This document shows, piece by piece, positions 18,766 through 29,684 of a stretch of 64,000 nt of DNA. Position 1 is the first letter of the stretch; every line of letters starts with the position of its first letter. The notes under the pieces were generated by a model, which was not told the origin of the DNA, searched no databases, and saw only the letters and a list, made by a program, of their open reading frames with translations. This DNA comes from Nitrosopumilus sp. (GTDB taxonomy: Archaea; Thermoproteota; Nitrososphaeria; Nitrososphaerales; Nitrosopumilaceae), in NCBI GenBank assembly GCA_965204345.1, contig OZ241981.1, positions 864,001-928,000 on the forward strand, in the 5' to 3' direction. Both the position numbers and the translations under genes were made by a program.

Positions 18766-20898
18766 ATGAATAGATCCTCATCTAGAGGAATTTTCCTTTC
18801 AACTACACTGTTATTTTCAATAATGCTAATTGCATTGCCGCCAGACATACATGCTGAAGAAATAACAGTCAGAAGCTTTGCATTAGGTGAAACAACGATT
18901 ATGGAAATAAAAAACAATTCCAATGAAGAAATTAATACGATAAGAATTTGGCTTGCAAGCGATTTTAATTTCAAATCATTTAAAACTGAAAAAGGATGGG
19001 TAGGTGATAAAAATCCACAAGGAGTAATTGTGTTTAAATCACCTGACCCAATCAGCACAGGAGAGTCTGTAAAATTTGGAATTAAGACAGACAAGCCCGA
19101 TTCGGGAATTAACTGGAAAGTATTAGATGACAAAGACAGACAAATAGGCCAAGGTAAAGTCATAGCCGAGAAGATACCAGGAGGGAACCAGGATTCAAAA
19201 CAAAATAAAGACCCAAAAGCCAGTATGACAAAGGAGTCAGTATTCAGAATTGTTCCAGAAAAACCAAACATTGGTTCGTCAATTAGAGTGACCGGAGAAA
19301 ACTTTGGCGCATCACAAGAATTTGATTTTTATATAGACGATGATAAAATTGGTACTTTTGAAACAGATGGGACCGGTCATTTCATGACTACAATGAAAAT
19401 CCCAGATGATCAAAAGGCAGAGAGAGTGGATTTTAAGGTCATAGACAAAAATGGTGAAGAAAAAAAAATGAGTCTAAGAATAGGGGAAATAAAAAATAGA
19501 ATAACAGATTCAAAGAATGTTCTACTTACCATTCAAGGAATCCCAGAGGTGGTATATAGGGGAGACTCTTTAGAGATATTTGGAACAGGGAATCCAGGCA
19601 GTACAATAACAGCAGAAATAATAACGCCTGATGGAGAAGTAATTAATTCTAGAACAGCAGGAGTAGATAATAAAGGCAAGTGGAAGTTAAATGAGCCAGT
19701 AATTGTGGCATTGGATACTCCGTTTGGAGAATATAGTGCAACGATAACAGATGGAAGGGAAGATAAAGTGATTAACTGGACAGTGAAATCAGATAAAAAA
19801 ATTATCGTGATTCCAACATCTTTAAAATTTGAACAGGGAGAGATTATGAAATTTAATGGTACAGCTTTGCCAAACATACCAATTGAAATAGTGATTGAAG
19901 ATCCTCGTGGCAAAGAGATTGTTTCAGACATCATACAGGTAGACAGTTCCGGATCATTAGAATTTGAATTTCCGACATCACAAAATACAGTAAAAGGGAC
20001 GTACACTCTGATTGCAACACAGGAAAAAGAAAAAGAATTTATCTATGTAGGTTTGGGTCAGTTACCTGTAATTCCAGTTAATTTAGAATTTGATAAATTA
20101 AATTACAAAGTAGGAGAAACAGCAATAATCACATTATCGGGAAAGGCATCAGAAATCATTAGTCTGTTAATTATAGATCCAGCAGACAAACCCATAAGAG
20201 ATGCAGTGTCAATAACACTACCGGCAGATGGTCGTGGCACATATTTGATGGACTTGGTTGGATTTGAATCAGGAGCATATACGGCCGTAGTCAGTAAAGG
20301 AAGTGCTCAAAGTAGCGAAGCATTCACAGTAGGCCTACAAGTAGGATCTGGAGAAATTGAAATCAATACAACAAAAATAAACTATCAACCAGGAGATTCG
20401 GTATTAATTTTGGGTGATACTAGTCCTAATGTTCTTTTGAACATATCAATGTTAGACTCAAATGGAAATGAAATTAAAAAGAAAGAGATATTTTCAGATA
20501 AAGATGGAAAAATTTCTGAGAGTTCATTTAGAATACCATCAGATGCACAATCAGGTAAATGGGTAATTAATGCAAAAAGTGGATCAAATTTTGCCAATAC
20601 CGAAATTGAAGTAATAGCAGTAAACATAGAGGGGATGATTGTAGAGGTAGAAAGACAAGACATCCCAAGTATTTACGAAACAGTAAATATTCGTGTTTTT
20701 GGAGCTCAGCAAACTGTTCACATTAAAATTATAGCAGAAGACGGAGAAATTATAGCAAAGCTGTCGTTCCCGGCATCAAGGTCAGGAGGAGAAATTAATC
20801 AGCCATGGATTATTCCAGAAAATACAGAACGTGGAACATATACGATTAAGGCAAATGATGCATTCAATAATGCAGAGACAACTTTTGAAATCAGATAA
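18766..20898 (+). CDS. Large secreted/surface protein with repeated Ig-like beta-sandwich modules
   Basis: Signal peptide ending DIHA; repeated Y..G....G...P...I.I..P.G...GxYxI patterns; alternative start at 18748. Confidence 0.85.
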   Translation: MNRSSSRGIFLSTTLLFSIMLIALPPDIHAEEITVRSFALGETTIMEIKNNSNEEINTIRIWLASDFNFKSFKTEKGWVGDKNPQGVIVFKSPDPISTGESVKFGIKTDKPDSGINWKVLDDKDRQIGQGKVIAEKIPGGNQDSKQNKDPKASMTKESVFRIVPEKPNIGSSIRVTGENFGASQEFDFYIDDDKIGTFETDGTGHFMTTMKIPDDQKAERVDFKVIDKNGEEKKMSLRIGEIKNRITDSKNVLLTIQGIPEVVYRGDSLEIFGTGNPGSTITAEIITPDGEVINSRTAGVDNKGKWKLNEPVIVALDTPFGEYSATITDGREDKVINWTVKSDKKIIVIPTSLKFEQGEIMKFNGTALPNIPIEIVIEDPRGKEIVSDIIQVDSSGSLEFEFPTSQNTVKGTYTLIATQEKEKEFIYVGLGQLPVIPVNLEFDKLNYKVGETAIITLSGKASEIISLLIIDPADKPIRDAVSITLPADGRGTYLMDLVGFESGAYTAVVSKGSAQSSEAFTVGLQVGSGEIEINTTKINYQPGDSVLILGDTSPNVLLNISMLDSNGNEIKKKEIFSDKDGKISESSFRIPSDAQSGKWVINAKSGSNFANTEIEVIAVNIEGMIVEVERQDIPSIYETVNIRVFGAQQTVHIKIIAEDGEIIAKLSFPASRSGGEINQPWIIPENTERGTYTIKANDAFNNAETTFEIR

Positions 20899-20938
20899 AT
20901 ATCAAACAATTTTATTTTACCTAATCAAGTGAAATATA

Positions 20939-21451
20939 ATGAATTTAAAAGATAGGATAGCAGATTATCCAAATTTCCCTAAAAAAGGGATTTTGTTTAG
21001 AGACTTTGGTCCAATTTTGAAAGATCCATCAGCATTATCATTTGTGGCAGATGAGTTCTCAAAGCATTTTCATCCAAAAGACATAGACGTGTTTGCAGGA
21101 ATTGAGTCAAGAGGATTCATCCTAGCGTCAGTTTTAGCCTCAAGATACAACAAGGGAATGGTTATGATCAGAAAAGCTGGAAAATTACCTGGAAAAACCG
21201 CAAAGCTGGCATATACAATCGAATACGGAAAAGACACCATAGAAATTCAAAAAGACATAATAAAAGAGGGGGAAAGGGTGCTCATTTGTGATGACCTGCT
21301 TGCAACAGGCGGTACAGCAAAAGCGTCTGCAAAATTGATAGAAAAGATAGGCGGAAAAATAATCGGATTTGCATTTATTATAGAACTAGCAGATCTGAAT
21401 GGAATCAAAGGCATCAGCAAATACAACTGTAAATCACTGGTGAAATACTAG
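20939..21451 (+). CDS. apt: Adenine phosphoribosyltransferase
   Basis: [41 protein letters not shown]. Confidence 0.97.
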   Translation: MNLKDRIADYPNFPKKGILFRDFGPILKDPSALSFVADEFSKHFHPKDIDVFAGIESRGFILASVLASRYNKGMVMIRKAGKLPGKTAKLAYTIEYGKDTIEIQKDIIKEGERVLICDDLLATGGTAKASAKLIEKIGGKIIGFAFIIELADLNGIKGISKYNCKSLVKY

Positions 21452-22242
21452 TGGAAAAAGACGTAGAGATAGGAATTTTTGGAGGGACTGGAATTTATGA
21501 TTCAGGACTGCTTGAAAATCCACAAGAGATTGACATAAACACACCTTATGGAAAACCCTCAGACGTAGTTACCGTAGGGGTTTTCAACGGAAGAAAGATT
21601 GCATTTCTTCCAAGACATGGAAAAAAACACGATATTCCACCACATAGGATTAACTTTAAGGCAAATATTTGGGCATTCAAAGAATTAGGAATAACTAGAA
21701 TAATAGCGCCATCAGCTGTAGGCAGTTTGAGAGAAGAATTGGAACCAGGACATTTTGTACTACCCACACAATTTTTAGATTTTACAAAGTCAAGGGATGG
21801 TTCATTTTCAGAAAATGGAAGGGTGATTCACATCTCAGTAGCTGATCCCTTTTGTCCAGAATTGCAATCATCAATTCTTAAAGTGACAGATAGTCAAAAT
21901 ATCAGAATACATGAAAATTGCACATACGTGTGTATTGAAGGACCGCGGTTTTCAACCAAGGCAGAATCAAAATTCTACAAAAGCACGGGTGCAGATATTA
22001 TCGGAATGACACTAGTCCCAGAATGCCAACTGGCACGAGAGGCACAGATGTGTTATGCCTCAATTTCAACAGTTACAGATTATGACGTATGGGCTGAAAA
22101 ACCAGTTACAGCTAAAGAGGTCATTGAAACATTGTCAAAAAACGTTAAAACAACAAAGAAGATACTAACAGAACTAGTTGATAAAATTCCTAGGACAAGG
22201 AGCTGTTCATGTTCCAAAGCATTAGAAGAGGCAGAATTTTAG
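21451..22242 (+). CDS. mtnP: S-methyl-5'-thioadenosine phosphorylase
   Basis: [35 protein letters not shown]. Confidence 0.95.
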   Translation: MEKDVEIGIFGGTGIYDSGLLENPQEIDINTPYGKPSDVVTVGVFNGRKIAFLPRHGKKHDIPPHRINFKANIWAFKELGITRIIAPSAVGSLREELEPGHFVLPTQFLDFTKSRDGSFSENGRVIHISVADPFCPELQSSILKVTDSQNIRIHENCTYVCIEGPRFSTKAESKFYKSTGADIIGMTLVPECQLAREAQMCYASISTVTDYDVWAEKPVTAKEVIETLSKNVKTTKKILTELVDKIPRTRSCSCSKALEEAEF

Positions 22243-22523
22243 TCATCAACAAATGATTCCTTTTTGAGTCCTTCTGGAAGAGTCAGATCACCTTGCAACA
22301 GATTTCTTTGAAGGGACAAAATTACCTCTTCAACATCATAGCCCAATTTTTCTAATTCTTTTTCAGTTATTTGGGAAAGCTTTGCCCCAATATTTTGTCC
22401 GCCGATTCTGCCAAAGGCAATAGCAGTAAAACGAAATTCGTGGTTATCAATTATGAAATTTCCAGTAATTTTTGCAGCCATCTGGCTTCCATGAATGTTG
22501 TTGATGTGAACTTTGAGATCCAT
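22239..22523 (-). CDS. Hypothetical protein
   Basis: Compact ORF in operon-like arrangement; start placed at ATG 22523. Confidence 0.75.
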   Translation of the reverse strand: MDLKVHINNIHGSQMAAKITGNFIIDNHEFRFTAIAFGRIGGQNIGAKLSQITEKELEKLGYDVEEVILSLQRNLLQGDLTLPEGLKKESFVDD

Positions 22524-22531
22524 TTTACAAG

Positions 22532-22930
22532 TCAAATTTCAACGGCTTTGTTAACATTCTCATCAATTAGAAAGCTCCAATGACTATCATCCTCGATTTT
22601 AAAATCTCTGACTTTTAGCGGTATTACTTTTTCATCCAAGCACTCGTGTTTAATTTCGCCATTTTCTTTTAGCTTTACTAGTTTCCACTTGTATTTCCCC
22701 TTTTGTAGCTTACATACAGTTATGCCCCATTTTGCGTCAGGATCAATTTTAGGCATGCCAACCAAATCAGCAAGTTCCTCTATCCCAAGTTGTTTTTCTT
22801 CACAGAATCTTTTCTTACAAACACCGCACCTCCAAATGTCAACTGAACCTATGGTTCGTTCGTCAATGTTGATGTTTGTCACGCCAAAGTAGACTGGTTG
22901 ATGTTTACAGGTTTCTGTATCAATATTCAA
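22532..22930 (-). CDS. Hypothetical Cys-containing protein
   Basis: CKH and CGVC...C motifs; fits between neighbouring genes. Confidence 0.8.
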   Translation of the reverse strand: MNIDTETCKHQPVYFGVTNINIDERTIGSVDIWRCGVCKKRFCEEKQLGIEELADLVGMPKIDPDAKWGITVCKLQKGKYKWKLVKLKENGEIKHECLDEKVIPLKVRDFKIEDDSHWSFLIDENVNKAVEI

Positions 22931-22952
22931 TGTTGTTCACCCAACGTTGGTA

Positions 22953-23306
22953 TTATTTAGTTCTTGCATCATCATATAGTTTCTCTAAAACTGCACCAAT
23001 GTTATCGACAATTTTGTTTCGTTTAAATTCAATGTTTTTGCGCTCACACATTTTTTTGTACATATTGACTGCGGTAAACCGGGGATGCATTGCCTCAAAC
23101 TCAGTTGAAGAAATATCAATTAAAGCACCAAGATTCATCAGATCTAGGGATGATTTTTTGGCATCTTCAATGGAAATTTTCAAGTTTTTTGCAATCGTTT
23201 CTGGCGACATTTTACCATTGCAGGTAATTAACAAGTAAACTTTAGCTTGAATTGGATCTAGGTTAATTTCAGAAATAAGATCGTTTTCAATATTAGAATT
23301 AGGCAT
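22953..23306 (-). CDS. TrmB-like winged-helix protein
   Basis: QAKVYLLI...GKMSPETIAKNLKIS...LMNLGAL...FEAMHP. Confidence 0.8.
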   Translation of the reverse strand: MPNSNIENDLISEINLDPIQAKVYLLITCNGKMSPETIAKNLKISIEDAKKSSLDLMNLGALIDISSTEFEAMHPRFTAVNMYKKMCERKNIEFKRNKIVDNIGAVLEKLYDDARTK

Positions 23307-23350
23307 TATTTTTAAAACAAGTCATTACAGCATAAAACATGATCGAATGA

Positions 23351-23569
23351 TTATTTTTTGACCAGTATCTTTTTAGAAATCTTCAAAGAAAATCCCATTG
23401 CAATAAAATGAACAACTGCGCCCGCAATTGCAGCATAAATCAGATTATCTAAAATAATCCACGCTAAAAGAAATACAATCAAGGAAGGAACCGTGATGGT
23501 AATTCCAATAATGGTGCCCCTTAGTACAAGTTCACGTACAGAAAGTTTGGATTGCTTATCAACTGACAA
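23351..23569 (-). CDS. Small two-TM membrane protein
   Basis: Two hydrophobic helices; start placed at TTG 23569 to avoid overlap with the divergent gene. Confidence 0.7.
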   Translation of the reverse strand: MSVDKQSKLSVRELVLRGTIIGITITVPSLIVFLLAWIILDNLIYAAIAGAVVHFIAMGFSLKISKKILVKK

Positions 23570-23640
23570 TGAAGAAAATTTCAAAAATGGTAATAAAAAC
23601 CAAAGATACTTTATATTTGGCAAACCCTGATTTTCAATGT

Positions 23641-24099
23641 TTGGCAAGCTACAAGGGTGCGTATTCAAATGATCAATCATTAAATTTTGCAATTCCCATC
23701 GTGATAATTTTATTTTTAGGCATAATCTACATAATGACACAGAGGGCAGATTCTGGATTTGTGAGTTTCATTTTAATTGGTGCAGCGGCACTAACAATGT
23801 TTTACTGGGTCAGGGTTTTAAAAAAAATGACAAGAGATCAAAAGCCATTATACACACAGGCAAGAGAACAAGAGACAAAAAATTGGGTATATGACCTGAT
23901 CAAGGGCGAGCAAGAATTTGTTTTTGTTGCAGAGGTGCCAGGCCCAGAAGATAAAATTGCAGTAAGGCTGGTAGACGGAATATTATACATAAGAGGCACG
24001 GCAGGCTTTTCAAAAGAAATACCCATAGAAGGCGCCAATGAAATGCAAATATTTGATTTCAAATATAGAAATGGCGTACTGACACTAAGGATAAAATAA
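23641..24099 (+). CDS. Membrane-anchored Hsp20/alpha-crystallin family protein
   Basis: Two TM helices then VAEVPG...YRNGVLTLRI; start placed at TTG 23641. Confidence 0.85.
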   Translation: MASYKGAYSNDQSLNFAIPIVIILFLGIIYIMTQRADSGFVSFILIGAAALTMFYWVRVLKKMTRDQKPLYTQAREQETKNWVYDLIKGEQEFVFVAEVPGPEDKIAVRLVDGILYIRGTAGFSKEIPIEGANEMQIFDFKYRNGVLTLRIK

Positions 24100-25221
24100 C
24101 TAAAGACTCTTAGATAATTCTAGTTTTTGAGGCAAGTACTTGTCAGTGATGTTTGTAAGACCGTATTTTGAAAAGGCCTCCAATTCGGCTTTTCTTTTCA
24201 ATCTCAAAAATACGTCAAGTTCCTTTTTCCAAATTCCATCCTCATACCTGGGATCTTTTTTGAGATCATGACATCGTTTGATGTCAGACTCGGTCATGGG
24301 AATTGTAGGCAGCTTGTATTTTTCAATATCAGTAGCCCATACACCCACCCATTTTGCATCAGGTACTGTAAGCTCCCTGAGATGTGCAGCATTAGCTGAG
24401 CCGGATTTTATTACCATTGCAATATGCTCCCCGTACACATCACCATCAGTAAGAACAATTACTGGCAGTTTCATTTCCTCATGAAGTCTCTTGAGCAGAG
24501 TGCGCGTAGAGCGTGGTGCTTGTCCCCCGGTATTAATAATAATAGATTTGAATTTTTTATCAACCTGTTCTTCTACGAATCTTGTAAAAAGGCCGCCTTT
24601 TTCAATTGCAATAACAATCTCTGCACTAGTGTCAACTAGTTCAGCAGTGGTCAAACTGGGACCAATGGAATATCCATCAGGATGGTTTGACAGATTCATG
24701 GTTTTCCCCTCATAGCCAGGAATGGTATATTCTATGTTCAGATCACCGAAGATAGAGCTTCTTTCTTCGGGGAATATGTGAAAATCCTCCCTGGGTCTAG
24801 AGGTAACTGCTTCTAGGTCAACAATAATATTATCAGATTCGGACTGGTCCTCAAATTCTATGGCAAAAGCTTGGGAGGAATAATAGACATCCCTTAGAGT
24901 GGAGGATTTTTTTTCATGCGTTAATCTGTTTGCAAAAAATGCCAACCACATTAGCTGTGTAAATGATCTTAGCTGCGCAGAATTCCTTGAGCTGCGCAGG
25001 GCAGCATTGTTTCCCAAGATGTACTGCCTAATCTTTTTATCATAAACTATGTTGCCTACGGATCTGCTAGGTATGGAAAATTTTGGAAAGTTGCCATTGT
25101 CTAGATCATCATAGATTGTTGCTCCATGACTCTTCAGCATCTCAAGAATATTCTTTTGTTTTTCATCGGCTTTTTTGCTACGCTCTTTAATTTTTTTTGC
25201 CCCTTTCTTACTTGTTTTCAA
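24100..25221 (-). CDS. top6A: DNA topoisomerase VI subunit A
   Basis: STLRDVYY catalytic Tyr, IEKGG, TDGDVYG, KAELEA. Confidence 0.97.
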   Translation of the reverse strand: MKTSKKGAKKIKERSKKADEKQKNILEMLKSHGATIYDDLDNGNFPKFSIPSRSVGNIVYDKKIRQYILGNNAALRSSRNSAQLRSFTQLMWLAFFANRLTHEKKSSTLRDVYYSSQAFAIEFEDQSESDNIIVDLEAVTSRPREDFHIFPEERSSIFGDLNIEYTIPGYEGKTMNLSNHPDGYSIGPSLTTAELVDTSAEIVIAIEKGGLFTRFVEEQVDKKFKSIIINTGGQAPRSTRTLLKRLHEEMKLPVIVLTDGDVYGEHIAMVIKSGSANAAHLRELTVPDAKWVGVWATDIEKYKLPTIPMTESDIKRCHDLKKDPRYEDGIWKKELDVFLRLKRKAELEAFSKYGLTNITDKYLPQKLELSKSL

Positions 25222-27079
25222 TCTCTTTTTCCTCCTCTAGCGGTCTTTTAGATTCGACTGCATGCTCATCTAGGATTTTCTGATAGTTAGGCTCTTTCTT
25301 CTTTCCGGCAAGCTCAGTACAGAATTCGGCTATTAATGGAAGGTATTTTGCATACAGGTTTGCGCGTTTTTTTGCCATATCAGCCTGTCCCCTTTTTGAC
25401 ATGTACGCAGATAATTTTCTTGATAAAAACTGCAATCCCAATCGGAGTTCTCTTTCAATTTCTTGCCGATCAGCGACGTTTTCTTTTCCCGCAGTTTTGT
25501 AGGGTATTCTAGTAGAACAAATATGAGATACAATTATGAACGGAGGATCGCCCTTTACTTTGTATCTGCTCCAATCAGTATCATTAACCACTTTTAAAAC
25601 GACATCGCTGCCTTCGTCATACAGCAGTGGAATCCTGTTGGCATACCTGTAAACATGGGGTCCGCCGGATTTAATATCACCTCCATACGCAATTCCCATC
25701 TCAACAATAAAGGGAAATCCCGAGTATGCAGAAGGTGAGCGCTGAATGACTGCCGTAAAATCAGGATTAAAAAATTTCTTGATTCCCTTTTCCAGGGGAT
25801 CCTCTCCCAGGGGAGCTAGACAGCTTGAATCAGGGGCCATAAAGTCGTCAAATTTTTGAAGCGAGTCACTGAGTTGGACTAGTTCTTGGTTTGTCAGGGT
25901 ACCCATTCGTTTTTCAGGTTTAAAATTTGCAAACTCTGCAAATTTTATTGCAGTCGTATTGCCCACGCGTTGAAATCTCTTAGTCAGAAATGTGGTTAAT
26001 GGTTCGCCTTGAACAGTGTTAGTCAATTGCTTATAGTATTGACTCTCAGAATCCATATCAACGGATTTGGATTGAGAGTCTCCAAAATCCCAGTAGAATA
26101 ATTTTTTGTTTGGAATGTCAAGATCTTCGATCTTTATTTTGCTTAATTTTTCAAAATCCATCTTTAAAAACGACATCAAAGCTATTACTACTCTGACTTG
26201 ACGTGAAAGGGTTTTCCATTTTTTCTTGGCCTTGTCCATAATTGCAGTAAAAATAAGATTCTTCTTTGAGAGTCCCAAATCCTTTCTGACTTTTTCAATC
26301 ATAGCGTCATCTATTGTAGGAATTTCAAATTGTGATTCGACAATCATCCTTCGTATGCGTTCAACATCAATACCATGCGGGTGGGGTCTAATTATTGTGG
26401 GTGGCGGCGGAATTTCTTTTACAAATCTAGGATGGGAAAATTTTTGTCCTTTGGGATCATCAAAGGTAATTGAGGCATAAGGAGTAATCAGCGAAGTCTC
26501 ATAAACATAATCACGGATTTTGTTTCCTGCTTTTGAATAATCGCCTTCCAAACAGATACTTACAGACAGTCCTTTTTTGGAGACTTCCTTTGTGGCATGC
26601 TTGACAATTACAGGTTTGTTTTTTTGAATGTCTAGCAATATTTCAAACTGATTTTGGATTTTACCGTCTGAGGAACTTTTTACAACAACTGGTTTGTTTG
26701 TAGTAATTTGCCCGTAAAGAATTGCCATTGTTGCCCCCAGTCCAAACATGCCTCTTGCTTGTTTTAACCCAAACTTGGAGCCATAAAGCACGGTCCCAAA
26801 AGCAAGGGGAATGTGCTCAGCATCTATTCCGGGACCATTGTCCTTTACAGTCAGAATGTAGGGCTTGGGATCCGGTTTTTCAGGCTCAACTGCCTTTATA
26901 GTCAAATGAACGTCTGGAAGGATGCCTTTTTGATCACATGCATCCAATGCATTTTCAACAAATTCCCTTACAGCAGTATACAAAGATCGTGTCGGATTAC
27001 TAAATCCAGCCAAATCACGGTTGCTGTAAAAGAACTCACTTGGAGAAATTTGATTAAATTTTTCTTTAATAGAAGACAT
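25208..27079 (-). CDS. top6B: DNA topoisomerase VI subunit B
   Basis: EFVENALDAC, DNGPGI, GSKF...RGMFGLG, RYANRIPLLY. Confidence 0.97.
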   Translation of the reverse strand: MSSIKEKFNQISPSEFFYSNRDLAGFSNPTRSLYTAVREFVENALDACDQKGILPDVHLTIKAVEPEKPDPKPYILTVKDNGPGIDAEHIPLAFGTVLYGSKFGLKQARGMFGLGATMAILYGQITTNKPVVVKSSSDGKIQNQFEILLDIQKNKPVIVKHATKEVSKKGLSVSICLEGDYSKAGNKIRDYVYETSLITPYASITFDDPKGQKFSHPRFVKEIPPPPTIIRPHPHGIDVERIRRMIVESQFEIPTIDDAMIEKVRKDLGLSKKNLIFTAIMDKAKKKWKTLSRQVRVVIALMSFLKMDFEKLSKIKIEDLDIPNKKLFYWDFGDSQSKSVDMDSESQYYKQLTNTVQGEPLTTFLTKRFQRVGNTTAIKFAEFANFKPEKRMGTLTNQELVQLSDSLQKFDDFMAPDSSCLAPLGEDPLEKGIKKFFNPDFTAVIQRSPSAYSGFPFIVEMGIAYGGDIKSGGPHVYRYANRIPLLYDEGSDVVLKVVNDTDWSRYKVKGDPPFIIVSHICSTRIPYKTAGKENVADRQEIERELRLGLQFLSRKLSAYMSKRGQADMAKKRANLYAKYLPLIAEFCTELAGKKKEPNYQKILDEHAVESKRPLEEEKEIENK

Positions 27080-27638
27080 CTTGATCTTCCCATAATTGCA
27101 TTTTTTCGTGCTTTTCTTTTCTATTTGCAGCTTCTAGTTTTGTATAAACGGCACCATGCATACTTCCATTTGAGATTGAAGAGATGGCATCAACGGCTAA
27201 ACGCAGCTTGCCTGAGTTGCCTATGATTGAAACAGTTTTTCCATAAACTGAGATGTGAGTACCGCTAAGATTTTCCATATTTCGTCTTGCTCTACCACCT
27301 TCTCCGATAATCCTCCCTTTTATCCTTTCAACATTGGCATTGGATTTTCCCACAAATTCCCGAAGATCTATTACATGTAATGCATTGTCACCCTTTAGTA
27401 ATGTCATTGCATTTTCAGGAGAAAATCCTCTGCCAATAGCAGTGACAATCTCCATAGCTTTGAAGGGTTGTATTTTTTCAACGTCGCCGCTAGATTTTAT
27501 AAAAACCTCACCCGTATCACCGTCAATATCCAATGTAACACAGCAGGCATGCTCAATCTTTGATTTTACATTACCAGATTTGCCAATTAATACTGCAATC
27601 CGATCACTTGGGATTCGAATTAATTTTTCAAATATCAT
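27066..27638 (-). CDS. KH-domain pre-rRNA processing protein (Dim2/Pno1)
   Basis: RIAVLIGKSG, AIGRGFSPE, KGRIIGEGG, GSMHGAVY. Confidence 0.93.
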   Translation of the reverse strand: MIFEKLIRIPSDRIAVLIGKSGNVKSKIEHACCVTLDIDGDTGEVFIKSSGDVEKIQPFKAMEIVTAIGRGFSPENAMTLLKGDNALHVIDLREFVGKSNANVERIKGRIIGEGGRARRNMENLSGTHISVYGKTVSIIGNSGKLRLAVDAISSISNGSMHGAVYTKLEAANRKEKHEKMQLWEDQDVFY

Positions 27639-28414
27639 CTAACAACATCCTCAAATATTTTACTTGAATCCTCAACAGAAACGCCTCTCTTATTGAAGAA
27701 TTTTCCAATGTTATTAATATCTCGTTTAAGAAACTCTTGAGCGTTGGGATGCCTAAGATCAACGCCGGAACCAAGATCAAAGACTGTCAAACCAGCCGAG
27801 GTTTTAAAAATATTATACTCTGAATAGTCGCCATGAACCAACTTTGCCTTTTTGTAAAGATCCCCAATTATAGAAATGGCCTGAAGATAGTCATTTTTGT
27901 CTACTTTTGAGTATAGCAGGGACTTGGCAGGTGCCCCGTTGATTCCAACAAACTCCATGGCAAGCACGTTGTTCTTGAGATAAAGTGGTTTTGGTACAGG
28001 TATTCCTGCTTTGTAGCATTGGGTTAAATTTCGAAATTCTTTTTTTGCCCAAAGGTAAACCAAGTTTTTTGTGCCTTTTCTTACATGTGAAAATCTGGGA
28101 TCCCCAAGAATGTAGGATTCACGTTTTTTGAAATTTGAGGTACTTACCAAATAAATTTTCAAGGCTACGTCTTTGTTATCCTTGTCTACACCCCAGAAAA
28201 GAACAGATTCCTTGCCGGCACTAACTGAACCATTGACATACTCAATAATATGATCTGTAATCATTTTGTACAAAGTCATCACGGTGGGTTTGTCCAAGAC
28301 CTCATTGACAACCTTGCCTTTTTTGAATCCATCCTCCAAACGTTTTCGACTTTGTTTTGAAACCAGTTTGTTGTCTATTTTAGATTCTAGCTTTTTATCA
28401 AGTATGTCAGTCAT
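27635..28414 (-). CDS. rio1: RIO1-family serine protein kinase
   Basis: SAGKES, ALKIY, WAKKEFRNL, LVHGDYSEYNI. Confidence 0.93.
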   Translation of the reverse strand: MTDILDKKLESKIDNKLVSKQSRKRLEDGFKKGKVVNEVLDKPTVMTLYKMITDHIIEYVNGSVSAGKESVLFWGVDKDNKDVALKIYLVSTSNFKKRESYILGDPRFSHVRKGTKNLVYLWAKKEFRNLTQCYKAGIPVPKPLYLKNNVLAMEFVGINGAPAKSLLYSKVDKNDYLQAISIIGDLYKKAKLVHGDYSEYNIFKTSAGLTVFDLGSGVDLRHPNAQEFLKRDINNIGKFFNKRGVSVEDSSKIFEDVVR

Positions 28415-28496
28415 GAGATAGAAATACTCCTGCTACATAAAAGAGATTCCTATCAAAAATAAAAACAATGTCTGAGGCAGAAAGCAAATCAATCAG

Positions 28497-28793
28497 TTAC
28501 ATGTTAAAAATTATCAAGAAGGGAACGTCAGATATTGTTTTAACGGCATTCTCAGAGCCTATACCAAGTTTGAGAGACAGCGATACTGTTTCTTTTCCGG
28601 CCATGTTAATGATTGAAGAATTTTTTAACAGAGATTCGGCTTCCTCTTTTTCAATAAATCTCTCACCATAATAATTCTCACTAATGTGCATAGTCAAATC
28701 GTCTTGGATGATTTTTTTCCCCAATAGATCAGCATCGCAAATATTTAACATGATTTGTTCTTGATAGTCAGTTACACGTACTGAAAATTGCAT
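28497..28793 (-). CDS. DUF424 family protein
   Basis: NICDADLLGK, YYGER, IINMAG. Confidence 0.85.
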   Translation of the reverse strand: MQFSVRVTDYQEQIMLNICDADLLGKKIIQDDLTMHISENYYGERFIEKEEAESLLKNSSIINMAGKETVSLSLKLGIGSENAVKTISDVPFLIIFNM

Positions 28794-29215
28794 TATGCAT
28801 ATTTACCTTTTAACGTAGACTTTGCACCACATGCTTCACAAATTAGAAAGGAGATTCTGTTTTCTTTAAGAATTTTTGTATCCGGACTCTTACAGGTAGT
28901 GCACTCAAGATAGTCCTTTACATAAATTTGGAACAGTCTTGTAAAATCATCTGGGGCCCTTCTACCAACAAACATTGCCTTATCACCCAGTCTCTCTGCG
29001 GGAACTGCAAATTCTTTTGAAAGATACTGAAGCACCTTATCGGGGTCTCTTCGAAGAACCTTGGGAAACTCTGAAAAATTTCGTAAAAATGTTTTCTGGC
29101 CTTCCCACATGACATCAACAATAGGAAGCTCAAATCTGGTCTGGGATTCCTTGTCAGAATCACCCAGTTTATCTTGAATGCGTTTGAGTAGCGTTTTGTA
29201 ATCGGACTTGGTCAC
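28793..29215 (-). CDS. eif2b: Translation initiation factor aIF2 beta
   Basis: RFELP, TFLRNF, LRRDP, CTTCKSPDT...CEACGA. Confidence 0.95.
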   Translation of the reverse strand: MTKSDYKTLLKRIQDKLGDSDKESQTRFELPIVDVMWEGQKTFLRNFSEFPKVLRRDPDKVLQYLSKEFAVPAERLGDKAMFVGRRAPDDFTRLFQIYVKDYLECTTCKSPDTKILKENRISFLICEACGAKSTLKGKYA

Positions 29216-29283
29216 TAAAAGATAGTGTATGGTAGACCCTATATGGGTTTTGAAAAAGAGAAATCGTGTAGTGTGGACTGGTA

Positions 29284-29430
29284 TTACTCCATCTTTCCTA
29301 TACGGAAGACGTTAGTACCACATGTTGGACACTTGCCTTTTACAGCAGGACGCCCATTCTTTAATGTAGTTTCCTTGGGATCTTTGATGTCCCTTTTTGC
29401 TCTGCATTTTACACAGTATGCTTGAACCAT
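29284..29430 (-). CDS. DUF5679-type small Zn-ribbon protein (48 aa; not in ORF track)
   Basis: MVQAYCVKCRAKRDIKDPKETTLKNGRPAVKGKCPTCGTNVFRIGKME*. Confidence 0.9.
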   Translation of the reverse strand: MVQAYCVKCRAKRDIKDPKETTLKNGRPAVKGKCPTCGTNVFRIGKME

Positions 29431-29684
29431 TATGAAATTTGTCAAACTTTGTGGTATTTAGTAAGAGGCTGTGAAAATAAATTAACTATAGGCTAGACAC
29501 GCATAAATTTTTTTAGGCATCAAAAGATCAATTTTACAAAAAAATTCAAATAAAATGGAGATTTTATTGAAAATTATCGGCATGATTATAAAATAAAACA
29601 ATTTTTTTCAAATATTTGTTGGTTAATTATTGATTTTATAGATTATGATCAATTATAAAAACCTCCTAAGAATAAAACAACAAA

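Noticed and set aside
29225-29425. 66-aa plus-strand ORF
   Set aside because: Antisense to the clear DUF5679-type gene.
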